A DNA stretch of 27,365 nucleotides from Candidatus Krumholzibacteriia bacterium. Lineage in GTDB: Bacteria > Krumholzibacteriota > Krumholzibacteriia > LZORAL124-64-63. The position numbers and the translations under genes are program-made. Shown here in pieces: positions 16,509 to 24,470 of this stretch. How positions within the stretch are numbered: the first letter of the stretch is position 1; each line of letters starts with the position of its first letter. A model generated the notes under the pieces. That model was not told the DNA's origin, did no database searches, and worked only from the letters and a program-made list of their open reading frames with translations. The stretch spans positions 1-27,365 of the forward strand of contig JAWOID010000139.1 of assembly GCA_046484865.1 (NCBI GenBank), in the 5' to 3' direction.

Positions 16509-18692
16509 GTGACCATCGCGTCCCGCACAGGACAGGACACCTTGACGGTCGCCCTCGCCGGCAACCCCAACGCCGGCAAGACGACCCTCTTCAACCAGAT
16601 CACCGGCGCGCGACAGCGGGTGGGTAACTACCCCGGCGTGACGGTGGAGTGGAAGGAGGGGCATGCGCGCCGTGGCGGCACCCGCCTGCGCGTCGTGGAC
16701 CTGCCGGGCACCTACAGCCTGAGCGCCTACACCGACGAGGAGCGGGTGGCTCGCAACTACCTGCTGGACGAGCGGCCGGACGTCGTGGTCGACGTCGTCG
16801 ACGCTTCCAACCTCGACCGCAATCTCTATCTCACGACGGAATTGCTGGAGCTGGGCCTGCCGCTGGTGATCGTGCTGAACATGAGCGACGCGGCGGCCGC
16901 CAATGGCCTGGAGATCGACACGGCTGCGCTCTCGCGCCGCCTCGGCGCGCCGGTGGTCAGCACCGTGGGGCACCGCGGCCGGGGCCTGGACGCTCTGCTG
17001 GACGCGGTGGTGGCGGTGGGGACCTCGCCGAACGGTCACGGCCGCATGCGCGTGGACTTCGGCGGACCGGTCGAGGACGAGATCCGGCGGATGCAGGAGG
17101 TGATCGGACGCGACTCCCTGGTGCGCGACCCGCGCGACCTGCGCTGGCTGGCGATCAAGCTCCTGGAGAAGGATCGCGAGTACCTCGCGCAGGTGGAGTC
17201 GCACCTGGTGCGCGCGGAGGTGTCTGCCGCCGTCCAGCGCTTCGCCGGCGCGGCGGCGTCGAAGCCCGACGTGGTCATGGCGCGCCACCGCTGCGCGTTC
17301 GTCGACGATCTGGTGCGCGCGAGCGTTCGTCGCACGCGGGAGCGCGGGGTCAGTGTTTCCGATCGCGTCGACGACGTCGTCATGCATCCGGTGTGGGGCC
17401 TGCCGCTCTTCGCAGGCCTCATGTACGCGGTGTTCACCCTCACCTTCACGCTCGGCAACCCGCCCATGACCGCCATCGAGAGCTTCTTCGGCTGGCTCGC
17501 CGAGGCGGTGGTCGGGCTCTGGCCGGCGGGGCACGAGAGCGCGTTGAAGTCGCTGGTGGTGGACGGCATCATCGGCGGCGTGGGCGGGGTGATCGTCTTC
17601 CTGCCCAACATCGTGCTGCTGTTCCTGGCCATCGCGGTGCTCGAGGGCACCGGGTACATGGCCCGTGCGGCGTTCGTGATGGATCGCTTCATGAGCAAGG
17701 TGGGCCTGCACGGCAAGAGCTTCATTCCGCTGCTCATCGGGTTCGGCTGCACCGTGCCGGCGATCATGGCCACGCGCACGCTGGAGAGCCGCCGCGACCG
17801 CATCACCACCATGCTCGTGCTGCCGCTGATGAGCTGCGGCGCCCGGCTGCCCATCTACGCTCTGATCATTCCGGCCTTCTTCCCGCAGCAGTGGCAGGGG
17901 CCGGTGCTCTGGCTCATCTATTTCATCGGCATCGTGCTGGCGCTGGTCGGTGCGCGGCTGCTGCGCGCCACGGTGTTCCGGGGCGATACCACCCCGTTCG
18001 TGATGGAGCTGCCGCCGTTCCGCATCCCGACTGCCCGCGACCTGGCCCTGCAGGCGTGGACCCGCGCCTGGCTCTACCTGCGCAAGGCGGGCACGGTCAT
18101 CCTGGGCGTGGCGATCATCCTGTGGTTCCTGACCAGCTACCCCAAGCCGCCCGCCGGCTACGAGCCACCCGAGGGCTTCGACGAACCGGTGGCCGCGCAG
18201 AGCGCCTTGCCCACACTGGCGGAGTTCGAGGACGGGACGTCCGCCGTGACCGCCACCGGCGGCGAACTCCTGCCGGCCGACCGGCAGCGGGCGGCCGAGC
18301 TGAGCTACTCGGTGGCCGGACGCATCGGCAGGTTCATGGAGCCGCTGCTGCATCCGATGGGCTTCGACTGGCGCGTCGGCACCGCGCTGGTGGGTGCGTT
18401 CGCGGCCAAGGAAGTGTTCGTGGCGCAGATGGGCATCGTGTTCGCGGTGGGCGACGCGGACGAGGCGAGCGAAGGCCTGCGGGCGCAGCTCCGGTCCCGC
18501 TACACGCCGCTGCAGGCGTTCTGCATCATGCTCTTCGCCCTCATCGCGACGCCGTGCATGGCCACCGTGGCCGTGACGCGGCAGGAGAGCGGCTCCTGGG
18601 GCTGGGCGCTGGCGCAGTTCTGGGGCCTGACGCTGGCGGCCTGGGTGCTCACGACGCTCGTGTACCAGGCGGGACGCCTGATGCTCGGCTGA
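16509..18692 (+). CDS. feoB: Ferrous iron transport protein B
   Basis: GNPNAGKTT, VGNYPGVTVE, DLPGTYSL G-domain; GYMARAAF, GFGCTVPA, MSCGARLP, FVMELPPF, AAKEVFV, TPCMAT; GTG 16509 with GGGAG RBS. Confidence 0.97.
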   Translation: MTIASRTGQDTLTVALAGNPNAGKTTLFNQITGARQRVGNYPGVTVEWKEGHARRGGTRLRVVDLPGTYSLSAYTDEERVARNYLLDERPDVVVDVVDASNLDRNLYLTTELLELGLPLVIVLNMSDAAAANGLEIDTAALSRRLGAPVVSTVGHRGRGLDALLDAVVAVGTSPNGHGRMRVDFGGPVEDEIRRMQEVIGRDSLVRDPRDLRWLAIKLLEKDREYLAQVESHLVRAEVSAAVQRFAGAAASKPDVVMARHRCAFVDDLVRASVRRTRERGVSVSDRVDDVVMHPVWGLPLFAGLMYAVFTLTFTLGNPPMTAIESFFGWLAEAVVGLWPAGHESALKSLVVDGIIGGVGGVIVFLPNIVLLFLAIAVLEGTGYMARAAFVMDRFMSKVGLHGKSFIPLLIGFGCTVPAIMATRTLESRRDRITTMLVLPLMSCGARLPIYALIIPAFFPQQWQGPVLWLIYFIGIVLALVGARLLRATVFRGDTTPFVMELPPFRIPTARDLALQAWTRAWLYLRKAGTVILGVAIILWFLTSYPKPPAGYEPPEGFDEPVAAQSALPTLAEFEDGTSAVTATGGELLPADRQRAAELSYSVAGRIGRFMEPLLHPMGFDWRVGTALVGAFAAKEVFVAQMGIVFAVGDADEASEGLRAQLRSRYTPLQAFCIMLFALIATPCMATVAVTRQESGSWGWALAQFWGLTLAAWVLTTLVYQAGRLMLG

Positions 18693-18727
18693 CATCGGCG
18701 GGCGCCGCAGTGCGCAGGGAGAGAACG

Positions 18728-18976
18728 GTGGAGAACGTCGTCGTCATCCTGGTGGTCGTGGTCGCGCTCGTCTGGGGAGTGCGCTCGATCTGGCACACTG
18801 CCCGCCGGGTGAAGGCGGCCGGGGAAGCTCCGCCCGCCGACGGGATCTGCGCCACCGATCCATCGGTCGTGACGAAGCCCGCACCGGGCTGCGGCTGCTC
18901 GGCGGCGGGATCCTGTCCGGCCGCCGAACGGTGTGCCGTCCCCTCGCCCGATCGGTCCCACCGGAAATCTGATTGA
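18728..18976 (+). CDS. FeoB-associated Cys-rich small membrane protein
   Basis: GTG start after AGGGAG; one TM helix then GCGCSAAGSCPAAERC; directly after feoB. Confidence 0.75.
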   Translation: MENVVVILVVVVALVWGVRSIWHTARRVKAAGEAPPADGICATDPSVVTKPAPGCGCSAAGSCPAAERCAVPSPDRSHRKSD

Positions 18977-19002
18977 GGACTCCTGGTATCGCATATTCAA
19001 GT

Positions 19003-19091
19003 TCTTGCACGGCAAGAGATTAACCGAAATATTTCTTTGACAACGAGAATCGTGAACTCCTACTTATGCGGTAGGGTTTGTGGCGACAAAC
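19003..19091 (+). promoter_or_regulatory. AT-rich promoter region of the porin operon with several palindromes
   Basis: TTGACA at 19037-19042 (weak -10 TACTTA at 19061); dyads TCTTGC-N3-GCAAGA (19003-19017), GAAATATTTC (19026-19035), GTTTGT-N4-ACAAAC (19076-19091). Confidence 0.6.
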
Positions 19092-19157
19092 ATCGCGAGG
19101 CCCGCTGGTCGTCGGTCCCGGATTCGCGCCGCCTCGTTCCACCAGGGGAGCAGCATC

Positions 19158-20471
19158 ATGGACCATGGATCTCGTTGCGGAAGCACCTCGAGCCTCGATC
19201 ACGGCTCGGCACCCGACATCTTCCCGGTCCTGGCGGCGCTCGCCCTGGGCCTCATGGTCGCGGCGACCTCGGTCCCGGCGCCGGTCAGGGCGTCGGATGC
19301 GCCGGCGTCTTCTGCGGCTCCTGCGGCATCGGGCCGTCCGGCAACGGTCCATCCAGCTTCAGACGGCGTGGGCCCGGTCGATCCGGGCCGCGAGGGGGAC
19401 CTCGAGGGCGGCATCCACGACAAGCCATACAACCGCGAACAGGGGCGCGACATCGCCGTGGGCGGCTACATCGACATGGAGTTCGAGTGGAACGAGGACG
19501 GCAGCACCTTCGACCAGCACCGCTTCATCCCGTTCATCACCGGCCACGTGAGCGAGCGGGTCACGGTGTCGGCGGAGATCGAGTTCGAGCATGGCGGCTA
19601 CGTGAGCGGATCCGACCGCACCGACGGCGAGGTCAAGCTGGAGTTCGCCGTGCTCGACTTCCGCCTCAGCGAATCCTTCAACTACCGCGGCGGCGTGATC
19701 CTCAGCCCCCTCGGCGCGTTCAACCTGCTGCACGACAGCCCGCTCAACGACCTCACCGAGCGCCCCCTCGTGGACCGCCAGTTGATCCCCACCACGCTCA
19801 GCGAGGCGGGCATGGGCTTCTTCGGCACGGTGTACCCGGGTATCGAGAGCGTCCTCACGTACGAGGCCTATCTCGTGAACGGCTTCGACGAGGAGATCAT
19901 CAGCGGAGGCGACGGGAACGAGCGATTGCGGATCCGCGGGGGACGCGGCAGCCAGAAGCAGGACAACAACGACGACAAGGCGTTCGTCGGGCGTCTGGGG
20001 CTCAGCCCGCGGCTCGGCGTCAGCGTCGGCGGTTCCGTGCACACCGGCAAGTGGGACGACGCCGACGAGCATCGCCTCACCATCGCCGCACTGGATGCGC
20101 GCTGGAACCTGGGCGCGCTGGAACTGCTCGGCGAGTACGCCATCGCGTCGGCGGACCTGCCGGACGCGCTGGCCGACCACGTGGCCGACAGCCAGCGGGG
20201 CGCGTACGTGCAGGTGAACCATCACGTGCTGCACGACGCCGTGCTCGACGGCTCGGTCTTCACCCTCGTGGCGCGCGGCGACTGGCTGGACTTCGACAGC
20301 GACGTGGATGGCGACCATCAGCGGGGCGTCACCGTGGGGGTGAACTTCCGGCCGACCGAGGAGACCGTCTTCAAGCTGGACCACGGCTGGTCCTGGAACA
20401 CGGCCCGCGGCGCCACCAGCGCCCAGGACCCCGACCGGCAGATCTTCTTCAGCTTCGCCAGCTACTTCTAG
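19158..20471 (+). CDS. Putative outer-membrane beta-barrel porin (OprO/P-like)
   Basis: GGGGAG RBS, signal-like N-terminus, GGYIDMEF, EIEFEHGG, alternating beta-strand pattern, C-terminal FSFASYF BAM-type signature. Confidence 0.8.
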   Translation: MDHGSRCGSTSSLDHGSAPDIFPVLAALALGLMVAATSVPAPVRASDAPASSAAPAASGRPATVHPASDGVGPVDPGREGDLEGGIHDKPYNREQGRDIAVGGYIDMEFEWNEDGSTFDQHRFIPFITGHVSERVTVSAEIEFEHGGYVSGSDRTDGEVKLEFAVLDFRLSESFNYRGGVILSPLGAFNLLHDSPLNDLTERPLVDRQLIPTTLSEAGMGFFGTVYPGIESVLTYEAYLVNGFDEEIISGGDGNERLRIRGGRGSQKQDNNDDKAFVGRLGLSPRLGVSVGGSVHTGKWDDADEHRLTIAALDARWNLGALELLGEYAIASADLPDALADHVADSQRGAYVQVNHHVLHDAVLDGSVFTLVARGDWLDFDSDVDGDHQRGVTVGVNFRPTEETVFKLDHGWSWNTARGATSAQDPDRQIFFSFASYF

Positions 20472-20483
20472 GAGCGCGCGATC

Positions 20484-21131
20484 ATGGCTTCCAGGAGCGG
20501 GATCATGACGCCGGCGCCGGCAACGTCGCGCGGGAGCATCTGCTGGCTGCTCGCGGCCGCCCTGGCTGCGAGCGCGGCGGCGGCCTCCGTCCGGGCGCAG
20601 GACGACGACCTGGAGCTGGTCCACCTCACCCTCGATGAAGCGCTCGCCGAGGCCTTCCCGCAGGCCGACTCCCTGTGGACGGAAACCTGGACGCCCGCCG
20701 CCGCGGAACGGGCCGCCCTCGAGCGGCTGCTCGGCTGGAGGCTGGAGGAAGCGGCCTTCGTCTTCCATCGCGCCGCGCGGATGCCTGCCGGCGGCGGGCG
20801 CACGAGCCACCACCGCGAGGACCTGGGCTGGGCCGTGGTCACCGAGCAGATCGGACACCATCGTCCCATCACCTTCCTGGTGCACGTGAAGCCCGACGGC
20901 GACGTCGGATCCGTGCACGTGATGGTGTACCGCGAGTCTCGCGGCGGCGAGATCAGGCGCGAGCGCTTCCTGCGGCAGTACCGCGGCAAGAACCGCGACA
21001 GCCCCCTGCGCCTGAACCGGGACATCGTCGGCATCAGCGGCGCCACGCTCTCGGTGCGCGCCGCCAATGCCAGCGTGCGGCGTGTGCTGGCGCTGGTGGC
21101 CGCCCGTTACGGCGCGGGGAAGGACGGCTGA
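20484..21131 (+). CDS. Secreted FMN-binding domain protein (flavinylation substrate)
   Basis: Signal peptide; YRESRGGEI...FLRQYRGK; DIVGISGATLS carries the [S/T]GA[S/T] flavinylation motif (codons 21036-21047). Alternative start ATG 20505. Confidence 0.88.
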   Translation: MASRSGIMTPAPATSRGSICWLLAAALAASAAAASVRAQDDDLELVHLTLDEALAEAFPQADSLWTETWTPAAAERAALERLLGWRLEEAAFVFHRAARMPAGGGRTSHHREDLGWAVVTEQIGHHRPITFLVHVKPDGDVGSVHVMVYRESRGGEIRRERFLRQYRGKNRDSPLRLNRDIVGISGATLSVRAANASVRRVLALVAARYGAGKDG

Positions 21132-21132
21132 G

Positions 21133-22986
21133 ATGACGCGAACCACCGGACGCGGTCGGCCATGGCGACACAGTGGCATGCGCTGGCGGCAGGAGAGCGG
21201 CCGAGCCCATCGCTGGGTGGGGGCCGCGGCCTCGCTGGTGCTGCTGGTGCTGGCCGGCAGCGGCCTCCTGCTGGCGCATCCGGACTGGATCGGAGCGTCG
21301 CCGGAGGAGACGTCCAGTCTCGCCGCCGATCCGGGCGACCCGCAGCTGCTGCTGCGGGGCACCACGGGCGGGCTGCAGCGGTCCGAGGATGGCGGGCGCA
21401 CGTGGCGGCCGGTGAATCTCCTCGTCACCCTCGAACACGTCGTGGGCGTGGCCTTCGCACCCGATGCACCGGGTCAGGTGTGGGCCGCCGGCCGCGACGG
21501 CAGCGTGATCAGGTCGGACGACGGCGGCTGGATCTGGCAATCGGTTCGCGGCGAGGGTTGGCCACCGCCCGCGGGAGGCCGCATCGACGAACTGGACGTG
21601 GGTGCCGGCGGGCAGGTGCTGCTGTGGACCGACCGGGGTCTGGTCGTCTCGGCGGACGAGGGTCGCACCTGGCGCGTCGCCGGGGAAAGCCTCGCGAACG
21701 GCCGGTCGCCGCGAGACATCCTGCGGGACCTGCACACGGGTCGCCTGCTCGGCCGCGGGCACGCTCTGGCGAACGACCTCGCTGCCGCGGCCGTCATCGT
21801 GCTGGTCGTCACCGGTTGGACGATGTGGTTTCGCCGGCCGGCCGGGCGCCGCGGCGCCGCGGGCGCCGGTGATGCCGTGGAGCAGCGTCGTCATCGACGT
21901 CGTACCCGGTCGGCGGCGGCGGTCGCGGCGACGGCGGCCCTGGTTGGCGTCCTGCTCCTGGTGCTGCTCGCGGGGGCGCATGCGCGACCGAGAGCGGACC
22001 TCCAGTCCCGAAGCCCTGCGGAGCCCCTCGTACGCGCTCGCCTGATGATGGGTACCCTCGTCCGGGTCTCGGTGTGGGACGGCCAGGCGGATGTCCGCCG
22101 CGCCGCCAGCGCGGGCGCCTTCGCGGCGATCGCGCGGGTGGACAGCCTCATGAGCACCTGGCGGGATGACAGCGATGTGCTGCGCGTCAATCGGGCCGCC
22201 GGGCAGGACACCGTGACCGTGGCGCGCGAAGTGGCCGACGTCGTGCTCGCGGCTCTGCGGGTGGCTCGCCTGACGGATGGAGCGTTCGATCCGACCGTGT
22301 TGCCACTCATGCGCCTGTGGGGCTTCCGTGGCGGCGAACCGCGCCGGCCCGGTGCCGCGGAACTGGCGGCGACCCGGGCACGGGTCGGCTTCGAGCATGT
22401 CTTCGTGGACTCGGCCGGCTGCCGCATCTTTCTCCGCCGGCCGGGCATGGAACTGGATCTGGGCGGTATCGCCAAGGGGTATGCGCTCGATCGTGCGCTC
22501 GCGGCCGCCATGGCGGCCGGCGCGGCCGGGGCCGTCGTCGACCTGGGCGGCAATCTCGGCGCCCGAGGGTCCGGACCTCCGGACCTCGTGGCCATCCGGA
22601 TCCCGCGCGCGGCCGCCGCCCCCGGCTCGGCCGCCGCCCCCGGCGTGGCCGGTTACCTGCGGCCCGGGGGCCGGTGCGTCGCGACCTCGGGCAACGCCGA
22701 GCGCCACGTGATCGTCGGCGGCGAGCGGCAGGGCCACATCCTCGACCCACGCACCGGCATTCCGTCGGCAGCGGCGGGGAGCGTGACGGTCCTGAGCGCC
22801 GACGGAGCGCTCGGTGATGCCCTCGCCACGGCCCTCCACGTGCTCGGTCGCGAGCATGGTCCGGCTCTTGTCGCGCAGCTGCCGGGATTGGAGGCGCTGT
22901 TCCTCGACGAGACGACGGCCGGGGACCTGATTGCGACCGTCTCTCCCTCGCTCGCATGGGAACCCGCCGCGCGTCCGCGCTCGTGA
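21133..22986 (+). CDS. apbE: Fusion: PepSY-associated TM domain + BNR/Asp-box periplasmic domain + FAD:protein FMN transferase (ApbE)
   Basis: HRWVG..SGLLLAH and LRDLHTGR; SEDGGRTW, SDDGGWIW, SADEGRTW; then MGT, GAFDPTV, DLGGIAKGYALD, VATSG, GHILDPRTG, DALATAL in one frame. Confidence 0.88.
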   Translation: MTRTTGRGRPWRHSGMRWRQESGRAHRWVGAAASLVLLVLAGSGLLLAHPDWIGASPEETSSLAADPGDPQLLLRGTTGGLQRSEDGGRTWRPVNLLVTLEHVVGVAFAPDAPGQVWAAGRDGSVIRSDDGGWIWQSVRGEGWPPPAGGRIDELDVGAGGQVLLWTDRGLVVSADEGRTWRVAGESLANGRSPRDILRDLHTGRLLGRGHALANDLAAAAVIVLVVTGWTMWFRRPAGRRGAAGAGDAVEQRRHRRRTRSAAAVAATAALVGVLLLVLLAGAHARPRADLQSRSPAEPLVRARLMMGTLVRVSVWDGQADVRRAASAGAFAAIARVDSLMSTWRDDSDVLRVNRAAGQDTVTVAREVADVVLAALRVARLTDGAFDPTVLPLMRLWGFRGGEPRRPGAAELAATRARVGFEHVFVDSAGCRIFLRRPGMELDLGGIAKGYALDRALAAAMAAGAAGAVVDLGGNLGARGSGPPDLVAIRIPRAAAAPGSAAAPGVAGYLRPGGRCVATSGNAERHVIVGGERQGHILDPRTGIPSAAAGSVTVLSADGALGDALATALHVLGREHGPALVAQLPGLEALFLDETTAGDLIATVSPSLAWEPAARPRS

Positions 22987-23000
22987 TCTTCGGAGCCGGT

Positions 23001-23561
23001 TCAGGTACCGAGATGCTCCGCCAGCACGTTGGCGCCGATCACGAACAGGACCAGGCCGCCGGCGATCTCCATGGGTGGGCCGAAGCGGTCGCCCAGCACG
23101 CGGCCCACGTGCAGCGCCAGCAGGGAGAGCCCGGCCGTCACCGTGCCGATCACCAGGCACGGGACCCAGAGCCGGGTGCCCAGCAGTCCGAGCCCCAGAC
23201 CGACGGCGAGGGCGTCCAGGCTGGTGGCGATGCTCAGCCCCACCAGCGACCAGCCGCGGGACGGATCGCCTCGCTTCCGTTCGCCGGCGGGCGCGACGCC
23301 GTCGCGGATCATGCGCAGACCCACGACGGCCAGGATGCCGAAGGCCAGCCAGTGGTCCCAGGCGCCGATGGCATCGACGACGACCCGCCCCAGCAGCCAG
23401 CCCAGCAGCGGCATCAGGAACTGGAAGAGACCGAAATGGAACGACAACCGGAAGGCGGCGCGAGCGCCTGACGCGCGGCCGCTGGCGCCTGCGCCCAGCG
23501 AGACCGCGGCGGCGTCCATGGCCAGGCCCACGGCCACGGCGAGGATCTGCAGCGGTGTCAT
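23001..23561 (-). CDS. mntP: Manganese efflux pump MntP family
   Basis: GLAMDAAAVS, FGLFQFLMPLLGW, DHWLAF, SIATSLDALAVG, EIAGGLVLFVIG. Confidence 0.93.
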   Translation of the reverse strand: MTPLQILAVAVGLAMDAAAVSLGAGASGRASGARAAFRLSFHFGLFQFLMPLLGWLLGRVVVDAIGAWDHWLAFGILAVVGLRMIRDGVAPAGERKRGDPSRGWSLVGLSIATSLDALAVGLGLGLLGTRLWVPCLVIGTVTAGLSLLALHVGRVLGDRFGPPMEIAGGLVLFVIGANVLAEHLGT

Positions 23562-23565
23562 GGCA

Positions 23566-23883
23566 TCACCGCCACTGCTCGCGCAAGCGCCGGAAGCGGC
23601 TGGCGTAGACCATTTCGAACAGTTCCTCGTGCTCGGGCAGGTGCTCGCGCACCCAGCGCCGCAGCGCGGCGATCGCCACGTCCAGGTCCACGTCGGGATA
23701 ATCGCTGCTCAGGATCAGGGCGCAGATGCGGTCGGCCCGGAGCCGCAGGTCGTCCGCCTGCGGGTCGGCCGGGCGCCGGTCGCGCGCGCGGCGCGGGACG
23801 TCGCGGCCTGCCCCTTGGCCCTGCCCGGCGCCGTCATCATCGGGACCGCCACGATCGGTGTCGAAGGCACGGTCAGGACACAT
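23566..23883 (-). CDS. Small hypothetical helical protein
   Basis: GAGGGGAAGGG RBS; protein-like core RADRICALILSSDYPDVD...FEMVYASRFRRLREQWR; 4-bp gap to mntP. Confidence 0.75.
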   Translation of the reverse strand: MCPDRAFDTDRGGPDDDGAGQGQGAGRDVPRRARDRRPADPQADDLRLRADRICALILSSDYPDVDLDVAIAALRRWVREHLPEHEELFEMVYASRFRRLREQWR

Positions 23884-24081
23884 CGGCCCTTCCCCTCGGT
23901 TTCGCGGCGCGGGTGTGTCGCTCGTCCGGCGCGCCGGCCGGGTGTTGTTGCTCGCGCAGCCCGGGACGTTCCGCTCATCCGGCGCGCCGCCCCTGGGTGC
24001 TGCCGGCCCGGGTCCCGTTCGCCCCGGCCCGGGTCCCGTGGCGATCGCGGCCGAGGGCCCGATACTGTGGAGCGAAGCTTC

Positions 24082-24110
24082 ACACTAGGCAGCGGCGAGG
24101 GATGGGTCAA
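24082..24110 (-). promoter_or_regulatory. Candidate sigma70 promoter for the hypothetical-mntP operon
   Basis: Minus strand reads TTGACC-N17-TAGTGT. Confidence 0.6.
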
Positions 24111-24217
24111 GGCGGCGACAGGGGAGGTTGGCGGCGGCCGCGAACCGGCCCCCGCTCCCCATTCGCGCGCTGGGCGGTTGGCCAGGTCGCCGGAGGGTGT
24201 CGCCGCCACGATGCCGG

Positions 24218-24249
24218 TTTGGCAGCATGCGCCAAATGTGTCATGACAC
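24218..24249. promoter_or_regulatory. Two adjacent palindromes, candidate upstream activator sites
   Basis: TTTGGC-N7-GCCAAA (24218-24236) and perfect GTGTCATGACAC (24238-24249), 120-150 bp upstream of a -24/-12 motif. Confidence 0.5.
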
Positions 24250-24368
24250 GCACCCCAAGGCTTGCGTCTGGATACGATATACTGTATAAAATCGGGAGGC
24301 GCAAGAACGAGATCGTTATTTTCCATCGAGTTACCCGGGTACACTCCGCGTGCGACCTTCGGACCGCC

Positions 24369-24384
24369 TGGCACATGGCGTGCA
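24369..24384 (+). promoter_or_regulatory. Candidate sigma54 (-24/-12) promoter of clpB
   Basis: TGGCACATGGCGTGCA with GG-N10-GC spacing, about 90 bp upstream of the clpB ATG. Confidence 0.6.
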
Positions 24385-24470
24385 CTCATGAGCGGTGATT
24401 CATCACGACCATTCCGCGCCCATCCGGCCCGGGCGAGCCGTGCGGCGCTGTCGCGAGAACGGGGAGACCG

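Noticed and set aside
13823..18976. Long alternative-frame ORFs (13823-16159 +, 16649-18976 +, 16398-18695 -)
   Set aside because: Arg/Gly/Pro-rich off-frame or antisense translations over real genes; only 18728-18976 of the 16649 ORF looks like a real gene.
19080..19157. GTG 19080 as porin start
   Set aside because: Lies inside the promoter-proximal palindrome; ATG 19158 has a clear RBS.
23884..24080. yybP-ykoY manganese riboswitch
   Set aside because: Conserved core motifs not found by eye on the minus strand; needs a covariance-model scan to exclude fully.
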